From Alteromonadaceae bacterium (lineage in GTDB: Bacteria > Pseudomonadota > Gammaproteobacteria > Enterobacterales > Alteromonadaceae), in assembly GCA_013216005.1 (NCBI GenBank), contig JABSOJ010000012.1, positions 4,247 through 68,246 on the forward strand: a stretch of 64,000 nucleotides of DNA, read 5' to 3'. Below the pieces are notes generated by a model, which worked only from the letters and a program-made list of their open reading frames with translations, had not been told where the DNA came from and made no database searches. Of the stretch, positions 38,027 through 47,859 are shown one piece after another. A program made the translations under genes and the position numbers. The first letter of the stretch is position 1, and the number at the start of each line of letters is the position of its first letter.

Positions 38027-41000
38027 TTATTTATCAAAATTGACAATATCGCCAATAGAAACCAACAGTTTTCGATCACCTTTATAAGCATTTCTGCCGT
38101 GGGCCATCAACAGATTATCGACCAATAACACATCACCTACCTGCCATACAAAACTGCTTTCAAGTTGTTCATAACAAGCCAGAATGCGTGACATCATTTC
38201 ATCGGCTATCTTTTCTCCGTTGCCGAAGTAGCAATTACGCGGATAATCCGCTTCCACATGCAGTTGTTTAATTGATTTTTTCGTCTCACTGTCAAGACAG
38301 GAGAAGTGCCAATGTTGTGACTGAGTTATCCAACACCATTGGTCACTATTGGGATCTTTCATTACCGCAGGCCTTTTGGCATAAGTAGTTAAACGGTTAT
38401 TGTCCTTCCACTCAAACGTCAGGTCGCTGTCTGCACAAGCCTGTTCAACCTTTTGCTTGTCATCCGTGCCAAAAATCGTTTTCCAACCAAGACCAAACAC
38501 ATCATCTTCCGCATAATTTCTGACATACATCACCCCAAGTTCGGTGAACTTTTCAACAATATCCTTATCCAGTGTCTGAAACATCAAACGCGAGTCAACT
38601 ATCGGTGTTTCTCCGCCTTCTGATGCAGCCACCTGACAATTGAACATGATGCGACTAGGCCAACTTTGGTTAAAAGTATTTTCGTTGTGCCACAACAACT
38701 GCTGATCTTTTGAATATTTAACAGGTGTTTGCACAATACCGTTGTCAGTCACCCCTTGATGTTCAGTGTTCTCCTGATATATTTCATTAAAAGTATGTTC
38801 AGTAAGGCGTTCAAATGCGTCCACCGAATCAATACTGAAACCACGGAACAAGCATGCCCCATGAGTTGTCAATAAAGGTTCCCAATGGGCTTTATTACTC
38901 GCCAGCCACTTGTCAAGTTCAACGGTATCGCCCGACGGACCAAATTGCACTGGACCGCTGGTTACCGCGGGCAAAACTGTTTTAACAACAGGTTGCTCTT
39001 TACTTTGCGTTCGGCGTTGGGAACCTCTTTTAAACGATCCCAGTTGTTTTTGCATCAATTTACCTTGTTCAGCCTCACGACGTCGCTGTTCATCAGCGCC
39101 AACACGTTCGGTTAGTTGAGCTAAAGTCATATTTGGATCAAGCAACATCAGGGTGAGCACTGCATCAAAGCGTTGTGACAACAGTTCGATAGTTTTAGCT
39201 TTGAACAAAGCACTGTTGTATACAAAATTACCTTTGACGACATTTTCATATTCAACCAGCCCCAAAGTCAGATCCAAACGTGAGGCAGCAGTTTCCAGCC
39301 CGGTAAACTCCATTTTCATGTTATTCAGTGAATAAGTTTCATCGGGAATACTTTCCAGAAAGAATTTAGTCTGGAATAAGGGGGTACTGTCATTGCGGCG
39401 CGGTACATTCAATTGGCTGACCAGTTGATCGAATGGTATTTCCTGATGTGAAAATGCGGCAATTGTGCGCTTACGAGTTGTAGCCAACATGTCGTTAACC
39501 GAAATACCCAAATCAATTGAAGTACGCAAAACAAGTTGATTGACGAAAAAGCCTATCAGATTTTCAATTTCCTGATGATCGCGATTCGCAACGTCTGTGC
39601 CTATAACCAGATCATGTTTGCCTGTACTCATATGCAAAGCAATATTGAAAGCTGATTGCAATGTCATAAACAAAGTAACACCTGATAACTGACCCAATTT
39701 GCGTAATTGAGTGGTCAAATCTGCCGAAATAGTAACGTCAATACTGGCACCCTTACCACCAATAGCTTCTTCGCGAGGGTGGTCTATCAGATAATCTGAG
39801 GTATCAGGAGCGTCAGCCAATTCACTTTGCCAGAATGACAAATGTTCTTCAAATACAGCTGTTTGTTGATTTTGCCAAATAGCGTAATCAATATACTGTA
39901 TTTGGGGTGTTTTCAACGGGCTTTCAGTGCCATTAGTGTAGCAATCATACAGAGTACTCATTTCTTCTATAATGATCCGCATGGACCAACCGTCAACGCA
40001 AATATGATGATAATTAAGGATCATAATCACTGCATCGTCTGCAATTATGGCAAACTCTGCTTGCCATATCGGTCCTGTAGTTAATTTGAACGAATGTTGC
40101 TCTTGTTCAACAACCAATGCTTTGAGGCGTGTTTGCTGGGATTGTTGATCTAATCCGGTCAAATCATGAACTTCATACTGTCTCTCAAAATGACGGTTAA
40201 CTATCTGCACAGCCTTACCATTAATATATTGGAACGAAGTTCGCAAAGATTCATGCCGATTCTCTATCTCGTTAAGCGCTTTGTTCAAATAATCAGTATT
40301 AATGTCTCCGGTCAGCTTAACGGTAGAAACATTGTTGTAAACGCTGGTCCCAGGGTTCATCTGATCAGCAAGCCATAAACGTTGCTGAGCAAAAGACAGT
40401 GCCGCATTATCAGTATTGGCTGCCTTGGGTATTGAAATTTGCTCATCACCATGGAATTGTTGTGTATTAATAAGCACTGCCATATCAGCCAAAGTTGCAT
40501 ACTCAAACAACAGCTGTAATTGGAAATGAACCTTGAAGTGTGTCTTGATACGACTATGCAGACTCACCAGATTAAGAGAGTGACCACCCAACTCGAAGAA
40601 GTTGTCATTTTTACCGATAGTGCCCACATTTAAAACAAGCAACCACAATTGCTGCAATTCACATTCAGTTTCAGTCTCAGGTGCAACAAATTGTACCGTG
40701 CTGCTACCACCTAATGTCAATAGGGCTAAAGCTTTACGGTCAAGTTTACCATTTGGCGTATAAAGCAATTTATCAATAAGTGATACCACACCAGGTACCA
40801 TGTAAACAGGCAATTTTTGCCTTAATGCCAGCATCAGTTGATCTATGTCTTGTTCAGCCTCAGCTTCATAATAGGCGACCAGTTGAGCCTCATCTCCTGT
40901 TGAGCTGATCACTGCTGCCGCAGCTTCAATACCGTCTATCGATAACAAGGCAGTTTCAATCTCACCTAACTCAATTCTGAAACCTCGAAGTTTAACTTGT

Positions 41001-44000
41001 GAATCAACCCGACCAAGACATTCAATTTCAATATGACCACGGTTACTGATCCAACGACCCATGTCGCCCGTGTTAAACACCAAACCGTTATCAGTTTGAA
41101 CAAAACTTTCAGCCGTTAATTCAGGTTTGTTGATGTAACCCTGTGTCACACCAGCGCCCCCGATATGAATCAAGCCCGGCACACCAATAGGGCATGGTTG
41201 CCCTGTACTGTTAAGGATTGCAACCTGAGTATTGGCTATTGGCGTACCTATACTTAAAGAGGCTGTATAATCAAGCTTTTTCACCGTAGACCAGATAGTG
41301 GTTTCGGTAGGACCATACATGTTCCAGACATCACTGCCGGTACGTTTGAATTGTTCTTTGAGGTTTAGCGACAGCGCTTCACCACCACACAAAATACGAA
41401 TGCCCTGTTCATTGTGCCAGTCCATCCTGAACAATGCCGACCAGGCACTTGGGGTCATTTGCATCACTGCAGGTTTAACCGATTCGATGGTTTCTTTGAG
41501 CACTTGCATGTCAGCCAATTGGGTCGCAGATGCAATAACACAAGTACCACCATTAATGAGCGGAAGAAATAACTCAAGTGCTGCAATGTCAAAACTGTAA
41601 GTTGTTACGGCTAACAGGGTGTCGCCAGAAGCAAAACCTGGGTTATCAGTCATCGACTGCATAAAGTTAACAACATTGGCATGGCTAACTTTAACCCCTT
41701 TGGGCTGACCAGTACTACCTGAAGTATAAATAGCGTAAGCCAAACCGTCAGCGCGGCTATGACAAACAGAAGCGTCAACAAACTTTGCTGTTTGTTCTAT
41801 GTAAACGATTTTGACATCACTGTTAAGTTGCCCATCCAGATTTGACGTTAAACTTGAACTGGTTACCAGCATTGGCATTGCACTGTCCTGAATAATATAC
41901 TGTATTCTGCAGACCGGATATTGTGGGTCCAGCGGAATATATGCCCCGCCTGCTTTCATGATACCCAATAATCCAACCAGCATTGACACACTACGGTCAA
42001 TGTAAATACCGACAAATTGACCGTTTTGCAAACCACCTTCGCGCAAATACGCCGCCAGTTGATGACTGCGTTGCTCCAACTCAACATAGGTAAGCTGTTC
42101 TTGCTCACAACTTACTGCCACTTGATCCGGCGTACGCTGAGCCTGAGCAGAAAAAAGCTGATCAAGGGTAACAGCTAAATCAACCTGAGCAAGATCTTGC
42201 TGGATATTGCCTTGCTGGATTTGAGCAATCATGGCCTGTTCAGTTTCAGTAGTAAAATTAATCGTTTGAACCGATTCGTTGAATTCGCCACTAAACAGTT
42301 CAACAATATTGAGCAGTTGTTCTCCCATAAAATCAATAGATTCACGACGATAAAGATCAGAACTGTATTCAATGTGAATATCAACACCGCCGTCAGGTGT
42401 ATTGACAAAATCAAAAGATAAATCGAATTTCGAGATCGAATACAAAGGATCTAGTATGTGTGCTTTACAGCCGGCCAATTCAAGATTGGTATCCAAATCA
42501 ATATAATTAACAAGTACTTGAAATAACGGATTACGACTTTGATCACGTTCAGGATTAACCGCTTCTACCAATTTTTCAAACGGCAGGTTTTGATGATCCT
42601 GAGCACTGATCATGGTGTTATGTACCATATCGAACAATTCAGATTTGCTTGCGGTAGCACTCTGGTCAGCCAGCTTCAATACCACTGTATTGACAAAGAA
42701 ACCAACCGTTTGCTCAATCAGATGATTATCACGATTAGCTACCGGAATACCAAGGCAGAAATTTGATTGGTCAGCATAATGTTGTAATAGAGTATGTACC
42801 GACGCAATAAAGATCGTGAACACTGTCACTTTATTTTGTTCACATATCTTCTTCAGACGGTTTATTTGTTCAGGATTTATGGGGAATAACACCCGTTCTC
42901 CCCTGCCACTAAGCCTTTTAGGACGTGGCATGTCGGTCGGCATTTCCAGATTATCGAACCCACCTAATTGATTGCGCCAAAACTGAACTTCTTTGTCCAG
43001 ATACTTATCATCCATATAACGGCGCTGCCAAATGGCGTAATCGGGATACTGAATCGCTGGTAAAGTCATCATTGCGTCTTTGCCTTCACGATACAAAACA
43101 TAGCTCCCGGAAATATCCTGCAGCAAAATATTAATTGACCACCCGTCAGAAATAATGTGGTGCATACATACACCTAAAACATGACTGTCTTCACCAAATT
43201 TAAGTAATATCACACGCATCAATGGCGCACTGGCAAGATTAAAAGGTCTGTGGATCCAATTTTCAACAACCGGTCTGAACGTGTCAACATTAGCGATATT
43301 ACAACCGGCACTAACATCCACTTTTTCAATATAGATATGATCAACATCACTGACGATTTGCTCTGCACCATCGCCATTTTTAACAAATTGGGTTCGCAAT
43401 GATTCGTGACGTTTAATCACAAAGTTTAACGACTGTTGCAAGGCCTGCTCATTCAACGGCCCTTCAATACGAACTAAACCCGGCATGTGGTATTTATCGC
43501 TCTCACCTAACGCGGCAAGGAACCATATTCTTTCCTGGCCATAAGACAATGGGATCTGCTGTTCACGCGACTGTGCTGCTAACTGCGGCAACAAATTATT
43601 ACTTTGTTGCTGGCGATCTTCAATCATCGTAGCCAAATTAGCCAAATCCTCCGAATCGTATATTTCACGAATCGACATGGCCACTTCAAAGGTTTCCTTG
43701 ATATGGGAGATCATTTTCATGGCAATCAGCGAATGACCGCCCAGACCAAAGAAATTATCATGACGCCCAATTTTGTCCACTGCAAAAAGATTAAACCAAA
43801 GTTCAGCTAAACGAGTTTCTATTTCCCCCTCAGGCGCTACATAAGTATTTTTTTCTACCGTATTATAATGTTCAATATTATGACTTAGATATTTTCGGTC
43901 CACTTTGCCGCTTGGGGTTAATGGAAATTCATCAATCTTGATCAATTCTGAGGGGTGCATATATTCAGGTAATTTATCCGTCAACTGCTGTTGCAATTGT

Positions 44001-46744
44001 TCAACAACATCCTGATCTGCGCTGACAGTATAAAAACCGACCAGTGATTTATTCTCACTCTCGCTGTCTTTAACAATAACGACGGCTTCGACTACGTCAC
44101 CATGATGATTCAATACCTGCTCAACTTCACCCAGTTCAACACGATAACCGCGAATTTTCAATTGTGAATCACTGCGACCAATAAAGTGGATATCACCATT
44201 TTCGTCGAAATACGCCATATCGCCAGTACGGTAAATTCTTGCATTAATGCCATCATTGAATGGATCAGGCAAAAACTTAGCTTTAGTATCTTCATCACGA
44301 TTATGATAACCAGAAGCCAGACTGTCACCACCAAGACACAATTCTCCAACACAGCCTACCGGAACTGGTTGTAGCTTACTGTCCAGAATATAAGACTGAC
44401 GGTTGACCATTGACTTGCCAATAGGAATATCCTGCACTGAAACAGGCAGTGGAGTTTGAACATAGTGCATAGTCGCAGTAACTACCGCTTCTGTCGGACC
44501 ATAGGCATTGATAAGACTAACGTGTTCAAGACCTATTTGATGCCAGTCGTCTACCAGTTCTTTTAACATCCGATCACCACCACTGATAGTCAAACGTAAT
44601 TGGTCGACTTTACCCAATGGTGAATTTTCTGTCCATTCTTTAACCACCAGATTCCAATATGCGGTCGGGAAATTGATCACGGTCAGTTTCAGTTCATCAA
44701 TCTTGTCAGCTATTTCCAACGGGCTCCAGACATCTTCATCACGGATCACCACGGTGGCACCATTACACAGAGGCACGTAGATTTGTTCAATAGAGGGATC
44801 AAAGTTAGCAGGGGCAAACAAAAGTACCCTATCATCAGGCGTTGAGTTATATCTGAGACTGATACCCTTGATATGATTAATCAATGAAGATTGTGGGATC
44901 AAGGTGCCCTTAGGAAGCCCTGTTGAACCGGAAGTATAAATTAAATAAGCCGTAGACGATGTATCGACCTGACAGTCAAGGTTTGTTACCTCTGATGCGT
45001 TATTATCCGGTTGAACCATAGGTATTACTTGCACACTGTCATCGTTGATTGTCGGTAACAATTCAGGCAAGCAAAGTACGATTTTTGATGCCGAATCCTT
45101 TAACATGTAATCAATACGATCTTGAGGGTAAGAAGGGTCAAGAGGCACATAAACACCTCCAGCTTTGGAGATTGCTAACATGGCGGCAATCAAGCCAAAT
45201 GAACGTTGCGCAAAGACTGCCACGAAAATTTCCGTGCCACAGCCTTTTTCTGTTAATTGGTGAGCTAAGGCATTTGACCAACAATTCAAATCTTTATAAC
45301 TGATCGCCTTGCCTTTAAATTCCAACGCATTTTTATCCTGATTCCCAGCCACATGCGCTTCAAACATTTGGTGGATAGCCTGATGCTTAGTTTCATACTC
45401 AATTGTCTGCGGATTGAAGTCATTGAGAATTCTACTCCTTTGTTTTTCCGGTAATAGCTGCAGATCATTAATTTCAGAATTTGGCGTTTCAAGTGCACTG
45501 CTCATAAGTTGTTGATATTGCTGCTGTACGGCTGCAACCGTTTCAGCGGACAATGTATCGCTGTTAAATTTAAACGCTAAATGAATAGCATCGTTATCTC
45601 CATCAAACAAACAATCGAGTTTAAGAGCAAAACAATCCAGTTCGACAAAGCAGGCAGCAACTGAAAAATCAATACTCGCAACAGATTGACGGCTAAAACC
45701 ACTTTGCGCAGCAAAGCTATAATTAAAAAACTCGCCTTCAGGCTGCAATCTGCTCCAATGTTGTGGCCAGCTGAAACATTCCAGCCAGTCAGCACCATTG
45801 ATCTTTTTACGGGCATTCTGTTTAACCAGCTCAATGAAGCTTACATCCTCTTCAAAATTTCCGTCAATGGGTAAATAACGGTTAATCACTCCAAGGGTTT
45901 CCATTAATTGCTCGTCGTTACGTCCGTCAAAAGCCATGCCTATGACAGGTTTGGTGTTACCTGATAAACGCGAAATCAACACCAGCCAAAGACTGAATAA
46001 TACGTCATCTACATTTACCTTATGCAGATTTGCAAAGGCACTCAATTGGGTTACTTCAATAGCAGATAATTCAGTGGTCATCGTTTTAATAGATGAAGTA
46101 TCAAACGTAGTTGACAACGAAATTTGTCCAGACAATTTAACCTTGATGTCGCCTGCGGCACAACGGTGTTTCCAGTAGTTGATACCTTCAATAGCATCTT
46201 CAGATTCAATCAGTTCGGTAACCCAGGCAGAAACATCAATGTATTGAAGCGGCTCCTCAATATCACAGCCCTTGCCACTGCTAACCAGTTCGCTGTATTC
46301 CATACACAACTCGTCGTTCAAACGTTTCAATCCCATGTTATCGGCAAACAACGGGTGCATAGTCAAAACCAAGGTAGAAATGTTACCCTGCTGTTCAAAC
46401 AATATTGCTGATATCAAATTGTCATGACTTCGTTCTTTTGCATCATCTCTTAACTGTTGAAGTACTTCATTGAGCACAGCACCTGAAAATTCACCGTCAT
46501 AAATCTTTTGCTGCCAAACTAATTCAGACTCATAAACTGCCTGAACTGGCAAAATCATACCAGGCAGAGTGTCAAAGCGCGTACGCAATATCTCGTGACG
46601 TTCGATGATATTAATCAACGCTTTTTGCAATAACTCAGTATCCGGTGATCCTTCCAGTCTAATCGCCAATTGGGCTGCACTGGATAAAGCTCCCTGTGAA
46701 AAGAAGTGTTTTTGATATGGGGATAATAGGAACCCGTTTGACAT
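38027..46744 (-). CDS. Non-ribosomal peptide synthetase with C-terminal Fe(II)/2OG oxygenase domain (C*-A2-T-C-A3-T-C-TauD/CAS-like)
   Basis: In the N-terminal C-like domain the motif reads HPLFADN (inside 46334..46360), so the catalytic second His is replaced by Pro. A2 has LIYTSGSTGLPKG, code DPENIGAVTK (unassigned). Then T GGHSLIAM and C HHIISDGWS. A3 has code DILQLGMIWK (Gly). Then T GGHSLNL and C HHICVDGWS. A basic linker follows, then a TauD/clavaminate-synthase-like domain (LFRGF, WHNENT, GETP, DNLLMAHGRNAY). I place the start at ATG 46744 because AGGTGA lies 7 nt upstream. The ORF track's longer form starts at TTG 46780. Confidence 0.94.
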   Translation of the reverse strand: MSNGFLLSPYQKHFFSQGALSSAAQLAIRLEGSPDTELLQKALINIIERHEILRTRFDTLPGMILPVQAVYESELVWQQKIYDGEFSGAVLNEVLQQLRDDAKERSHDNLISAILFEQQGNISTLVLTMHPLFADNMGLKRLNDELCMEYSELVSSGKGCDIEEPLQYIDVSAWVTELIESEDAIEGINYWKHRCAAGDIKVKLSGQISLSTTFDTSSIKTMTTELSAIEVTQLSAFANLHKVNVDDVLFSLWLVLISRLSGNTKPVIGMAFDGRNDEQLMETLGVINRYLPIDGNFEEDVSFIELVKQNARKKINGADWLECFSWPQHWSRLQPEGEFFNYSFAAQSGFSRQSVASIDFSVAACFVELDCFALKLDCLFDGDNDAIHLAFKFNSDTLSAETVAAVQQQYQQLMSSALETPNSEINDLQLLPEKQRSRILNDFNPQTIEYETKHQAIHQMFEAHVAGNQDKNALEFKGKAISYKDLNCWSNALAHQLTEKGCGTEIFVAVFAQRSFGLIAAMLAISKAGGVYVPLDPSYPQDRIDYMLKDSASKIVLCLPELLPTINDDSVQVIPMVQPDNNASEVTNLDCQVDTSSTAYLIYTSGSTGLPKGTLIPQSSLINHIKGISLRYNSTPDDRVLLFAPANFDPSIEQIYVPLCNGATVVIRDEDVWSPLEIADKIDELKLTVINFPTAYWNLVVKEWTENSPLGKVDQLRLTISGGDRMLKELVDDWHQIGLEHVSLINAYGPTEAVVTATMHYVQTPLPVSVQDIPIGKSMVNRQSYILDSKLQPVPVGCVGELCLGGDSLASGYHNRDEDTKAKFLPDPFNDGINARIYRTGDMAYFDENGDIHFIGRSDSQLKIRGYRVELGEVEQVLNHHGDVVEAVVIVKDSESENKSLVGFYTVSADQDVVEQLQQQLTDKLPEYMHPSELIKIDEFPLTPSGKVDRKYLSHNIEHYNTVEKNTYVAPEGEIETRLAELWFNLFAVDKIGRHDNFFGLGGHSLIAMKMISHIKETFEVAMSIREIYDSEDLANLATMIEDRQQQSNNLLPQLAAQSREQQIPLSYGQERIWFLAALGESDKYHMPGLVRIEGPLNEQALQQSLNFVIKRHESLRTQFVKNGDGAEQIVSDVDHIYIEKVDVSAGCNIANVDTFRPVVENWIHRPFNLASAPLMRVILLKFGEDSHVLGVCMHHIISDGWSINILLQDISGSYVLYREGKDAMMTLPAIQYPDYAIWQRRYMDDKYLDKEVQFWRNQLGGFDNLEMPTDMPRPKRLSGRGERVLFPINPEQINRLKKICEQNKVTVFTIFIASVHTLLQHYADQSNFCLGIPVANRDNHLIEQTVGFFVNTVVLKLADQSATASKSELFDMVHNTMISAQDHQNLPFEKLVEAVNPERDQSRNPLFQVLVNYIDLDTNLELAGCKAHILDPLYSISKFDLSFDFVNTPDGGVDIHIEYSSDLYRRESIDFMGEQLLNIVELFSGEFNESVQTINFTTETEQAMIAQIQQGNIQQDLAQVDLAVTLDQLFSAQAQRTPDQVAVSCEQEQLTYVELEQRSHQLAAYLREGGLQNGQFVGIYIDRSVSMLVGLLGIMKAGGAYIPLDPQYPVCRIQYIIQDSAMPMLVTSSSLTSNLDGQLNSDVKIVYIEQTAKFVDASVCHSRADGLAYAIYTSGSTGQPKGVKVSHANVVNFMQSMTDNPGFASGDTLLAVTTYSFDIAALELFLPLINGGTCVIASATQLADMQVLKETIESVKPAVMQMTPSAWSALFRMDWHNEQGIRILCGGEALSLNLKEQFKRTGSDVWNMYGPTETTIWSTVKKLDYTASLSIGTPIANTQVAILNSTGQPCPIGVPGLIHIGGAGVTQGYINKPELTAESFVQTDNGLVFNTGDMGRWISNRGHIEIECLGRVDSQVKLRGFRIELGEIETALLSIDGIEAAAAVISSTGDEAQLVAYYEAEAEQDIDQLMLALRQKLPVYMVPGVVSLIDKLLYTPNGKLDRKALALLTLGGSSTVQFVAPETETECELQQLWLLVLNVGTIGKNDNFFELGGHSLNLVSLHSRIKTHFKVHFQLQLLFEYATLADMAVLINTQQFHGDEQISIPKAANTDNAALSFAQQRLWLADQMNPGTSVYNNVSTVKLTGDINTDYLNKALNEIENRHESLRTSFQYINGKAVQIVNRHFERQYEVHDLTGLDQQSQQTRLKALVVEQEQHSFKLTTGPIWQAEFAIIADDAVIMILNYHHICVDGWSMRIIIEEMSTLYDCYTNGTESPLKTPQIQYIDYAIWQNQQTAVFEEHLSFWQSELADAPDTSDYLIDHPREEAIGGKGASIDVTISADLTTQLRKLGQLSGVTLFMTLQSAFNIALHMSTGKHDLVIGTDVANRDHQEIENLIGFFVNQLVLRTSIDLGISVNDMLATTRKRTIAAFSHQEIPFDQLVSQLNVPRRNDSTPLFQTKFFLESIPDETYSLNNMKMEFTGLETAASRLDLTLGLVEYENVVKGNFVYNSALFKAKTIELLSQRFDAVLTLMLLDPNMTLAQLTERVGADEQRRREAEQGKLMQKQLGSFKRGSQRRTQSKEQPVVKTVLPAVTSGPVQFGPSGDTVELDKWLASNKAHWEPLLTTHGACLFRGFSIDSVDAFERLTEHTFNEIYQENTEHQGVTDNGIVQTPVKYSKDQQLLWHNENTFNQSWPSRIMFNCQVAASEGGETPIVDSRLMFQTLDKDIVEKFTELGVMYVRNYAEDDVFGLGWKTIFGTDDKQKVEQACADSDLTFEWKDNNRLTTYAKRPAVMKDPNSDQWCWITQSQHWHFSCLDSETKKSIKQLHVEADYPRNCYFGNGEKIADEMMSRILACYEQLESSFVWQVGDVLLVDNLLMAHGRNAYKGDRKLLVSIGDIVNFDK
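38030..38935 (-). other. Fe(II)/2OG oxygenase domain fused directly behind a C domain (approximate bounds)
   Basis: It begins near GPSGDTVELDKWLASNKAHW (38881..38940) and ends at the stop codon 38027..38029. The HxE ... HGR motifs are present. Confidence 0.85.
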
Positions 46745-46780
46745 AATATAGTCACCTGCAAATAAACGTTTAAAAAACAA

Positions 46781-47833
46781 TTAAAATTGTGGACGATCCC
46801 AGGCATCAGCCATGGCAACCCGCACTTTTCTCGGACCAGTGAAAGCCTGTCTGCCATGAACTGATAACACGTTGTCAATCAACATCAGATCGCCCTTCTG
46901 CCAAGTAAACATCTCTTTTTCAGCTAGGTAGGCATCACGCAAGTGGTTAGCAATATCATCCGGTATGCGAGTACCGTCCCCATAGTAAGTATCAAACGGC
47001 AAACCTTCTTCACCCACTTCATTAAGCATGCCTTCCAGTACGTGCTTGGGTAAATTAGCCTGATGCCAGAACGCTATGTGGTTAAACCAGCATTCCTCAT
47101 TGGTTTCTGGATGGAACACAGTAGATGAACGTTTTTGAGTGGTAAACAAACCACCATCTTTTTTCCACTTGAAATCAATCTGGTTTTTTTGACAATAGGC
47201 TTCAACCTCTTTCTCGTTGCGACCTGCAAAAGCATCCTTCCAGTCATAAGCGAGATACTTGCCATAGTTACGGTTAAGACTCCAACCTAACTTGCGAAAT
47301 TTGTCCAGTACATCGGGATCGATTTGATTCATGATCCTTTTACTACAACCTACCGGTGTTTCGCCATCGGTGATAGCCTCGGCTTCACAGAAAAACCACA
47401 CCTTCAGGGCAAAAGTGATTGAAGCGGTATTTTCATTGTGCAGAGCAATGGTTTCATCGTCAGGATATAAGGTTGAGGTAAATACATTACTGGCAATCGT
47501 TTTACGTGGTGAAGAACGTTCAACATATTCAATCAGGCTATAACTAGAATCTTTTACATAATCAATAAATTCAGCATCGCCATAAAGGTCAAAACCGCGA
47601 AACAAAATTACCCCTTTATTAAGCAATTCTTTGTCAATATATTCTTGATTGTGGCGTGTCCACTCTTTGAGGCTGATACCTTCTGCTTTTGGTTGAATCA
47701 ACAAACCAAAATAATCATTACCGAACAGTTCGCTGCTCTCAACCAAATCAGCGCTGGATACTGAAGAGGCGCTACGGGCCCCTCTACGTCGTTTAATCGA
47801 GGGTTTGCTGCTACCAGTGTTTCTGTTTAACAT
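46781..47833 (-). CDS. Stand-alone Fe(II)/2-oxoglutarate-dependent oxygenase, TauD/SyrP/CAS-like (putative amino-acyl beta-hydroxylase)
   Basis: A 350-aa ORF with LFRGF, the LHNENT (HxE) facial-triad motif, GETP, and the distal DNVLSVHGRQAF His/Arg. It is homologous to the domain fused at 38030..38935. AAGGAA lies about 7 nt upstream of the ATG. It sits between an NRPS ending in a C domain and an NRPS starting with a C-like domain. Confidence 0.9.
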   Translation of the reverse strand: MLNRNTGSSKPSIKRRRGARSASSVSSADLVESSELFGNDYFGLLIQPKAEGISLKEWTRHNQEYIDKELLNKGVILFRGFDLYGDAEFIDYVKDSSYSLIEYVERSSPRKTIASNVFTSTLYPDDETIALHNENTASITFALKVWFFCEAEAITDGETPVGCSKRIMNQIDPDVLDKFRKLGWSLNRNYGKYLAYDWKDAFAGRNEKEVEAYCQKNQIDFKWKKDGGLFTTQKRSSTVFHPETNEECWFNHIAFWHQANLPKHVLEGMLNEVGEEGLPFDTYYGDGTRIPDDIANHLRDAYLAEKEMFTWQKGDLMLIDNVLSVHGRQAFTGPRKVRVAMADAWDRPQF

Positions 47834-47859
47834 AGCTAATTCCTTAAAAGGTAAATAGG

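Noticed and set aside
46745-46780. The TTG start at 46780 (the ORF-track start, MFFKRLFAGDYI...) for the 2917-aa NRPS.
   Set aside because: The ATG at 46744 is preceded by AGGTGA with a 7-nt spacer. The 12 extra residues have no homology value. The longer form would need a TTG that immediately abuts the upstream stop. I kept it as an alternative only.
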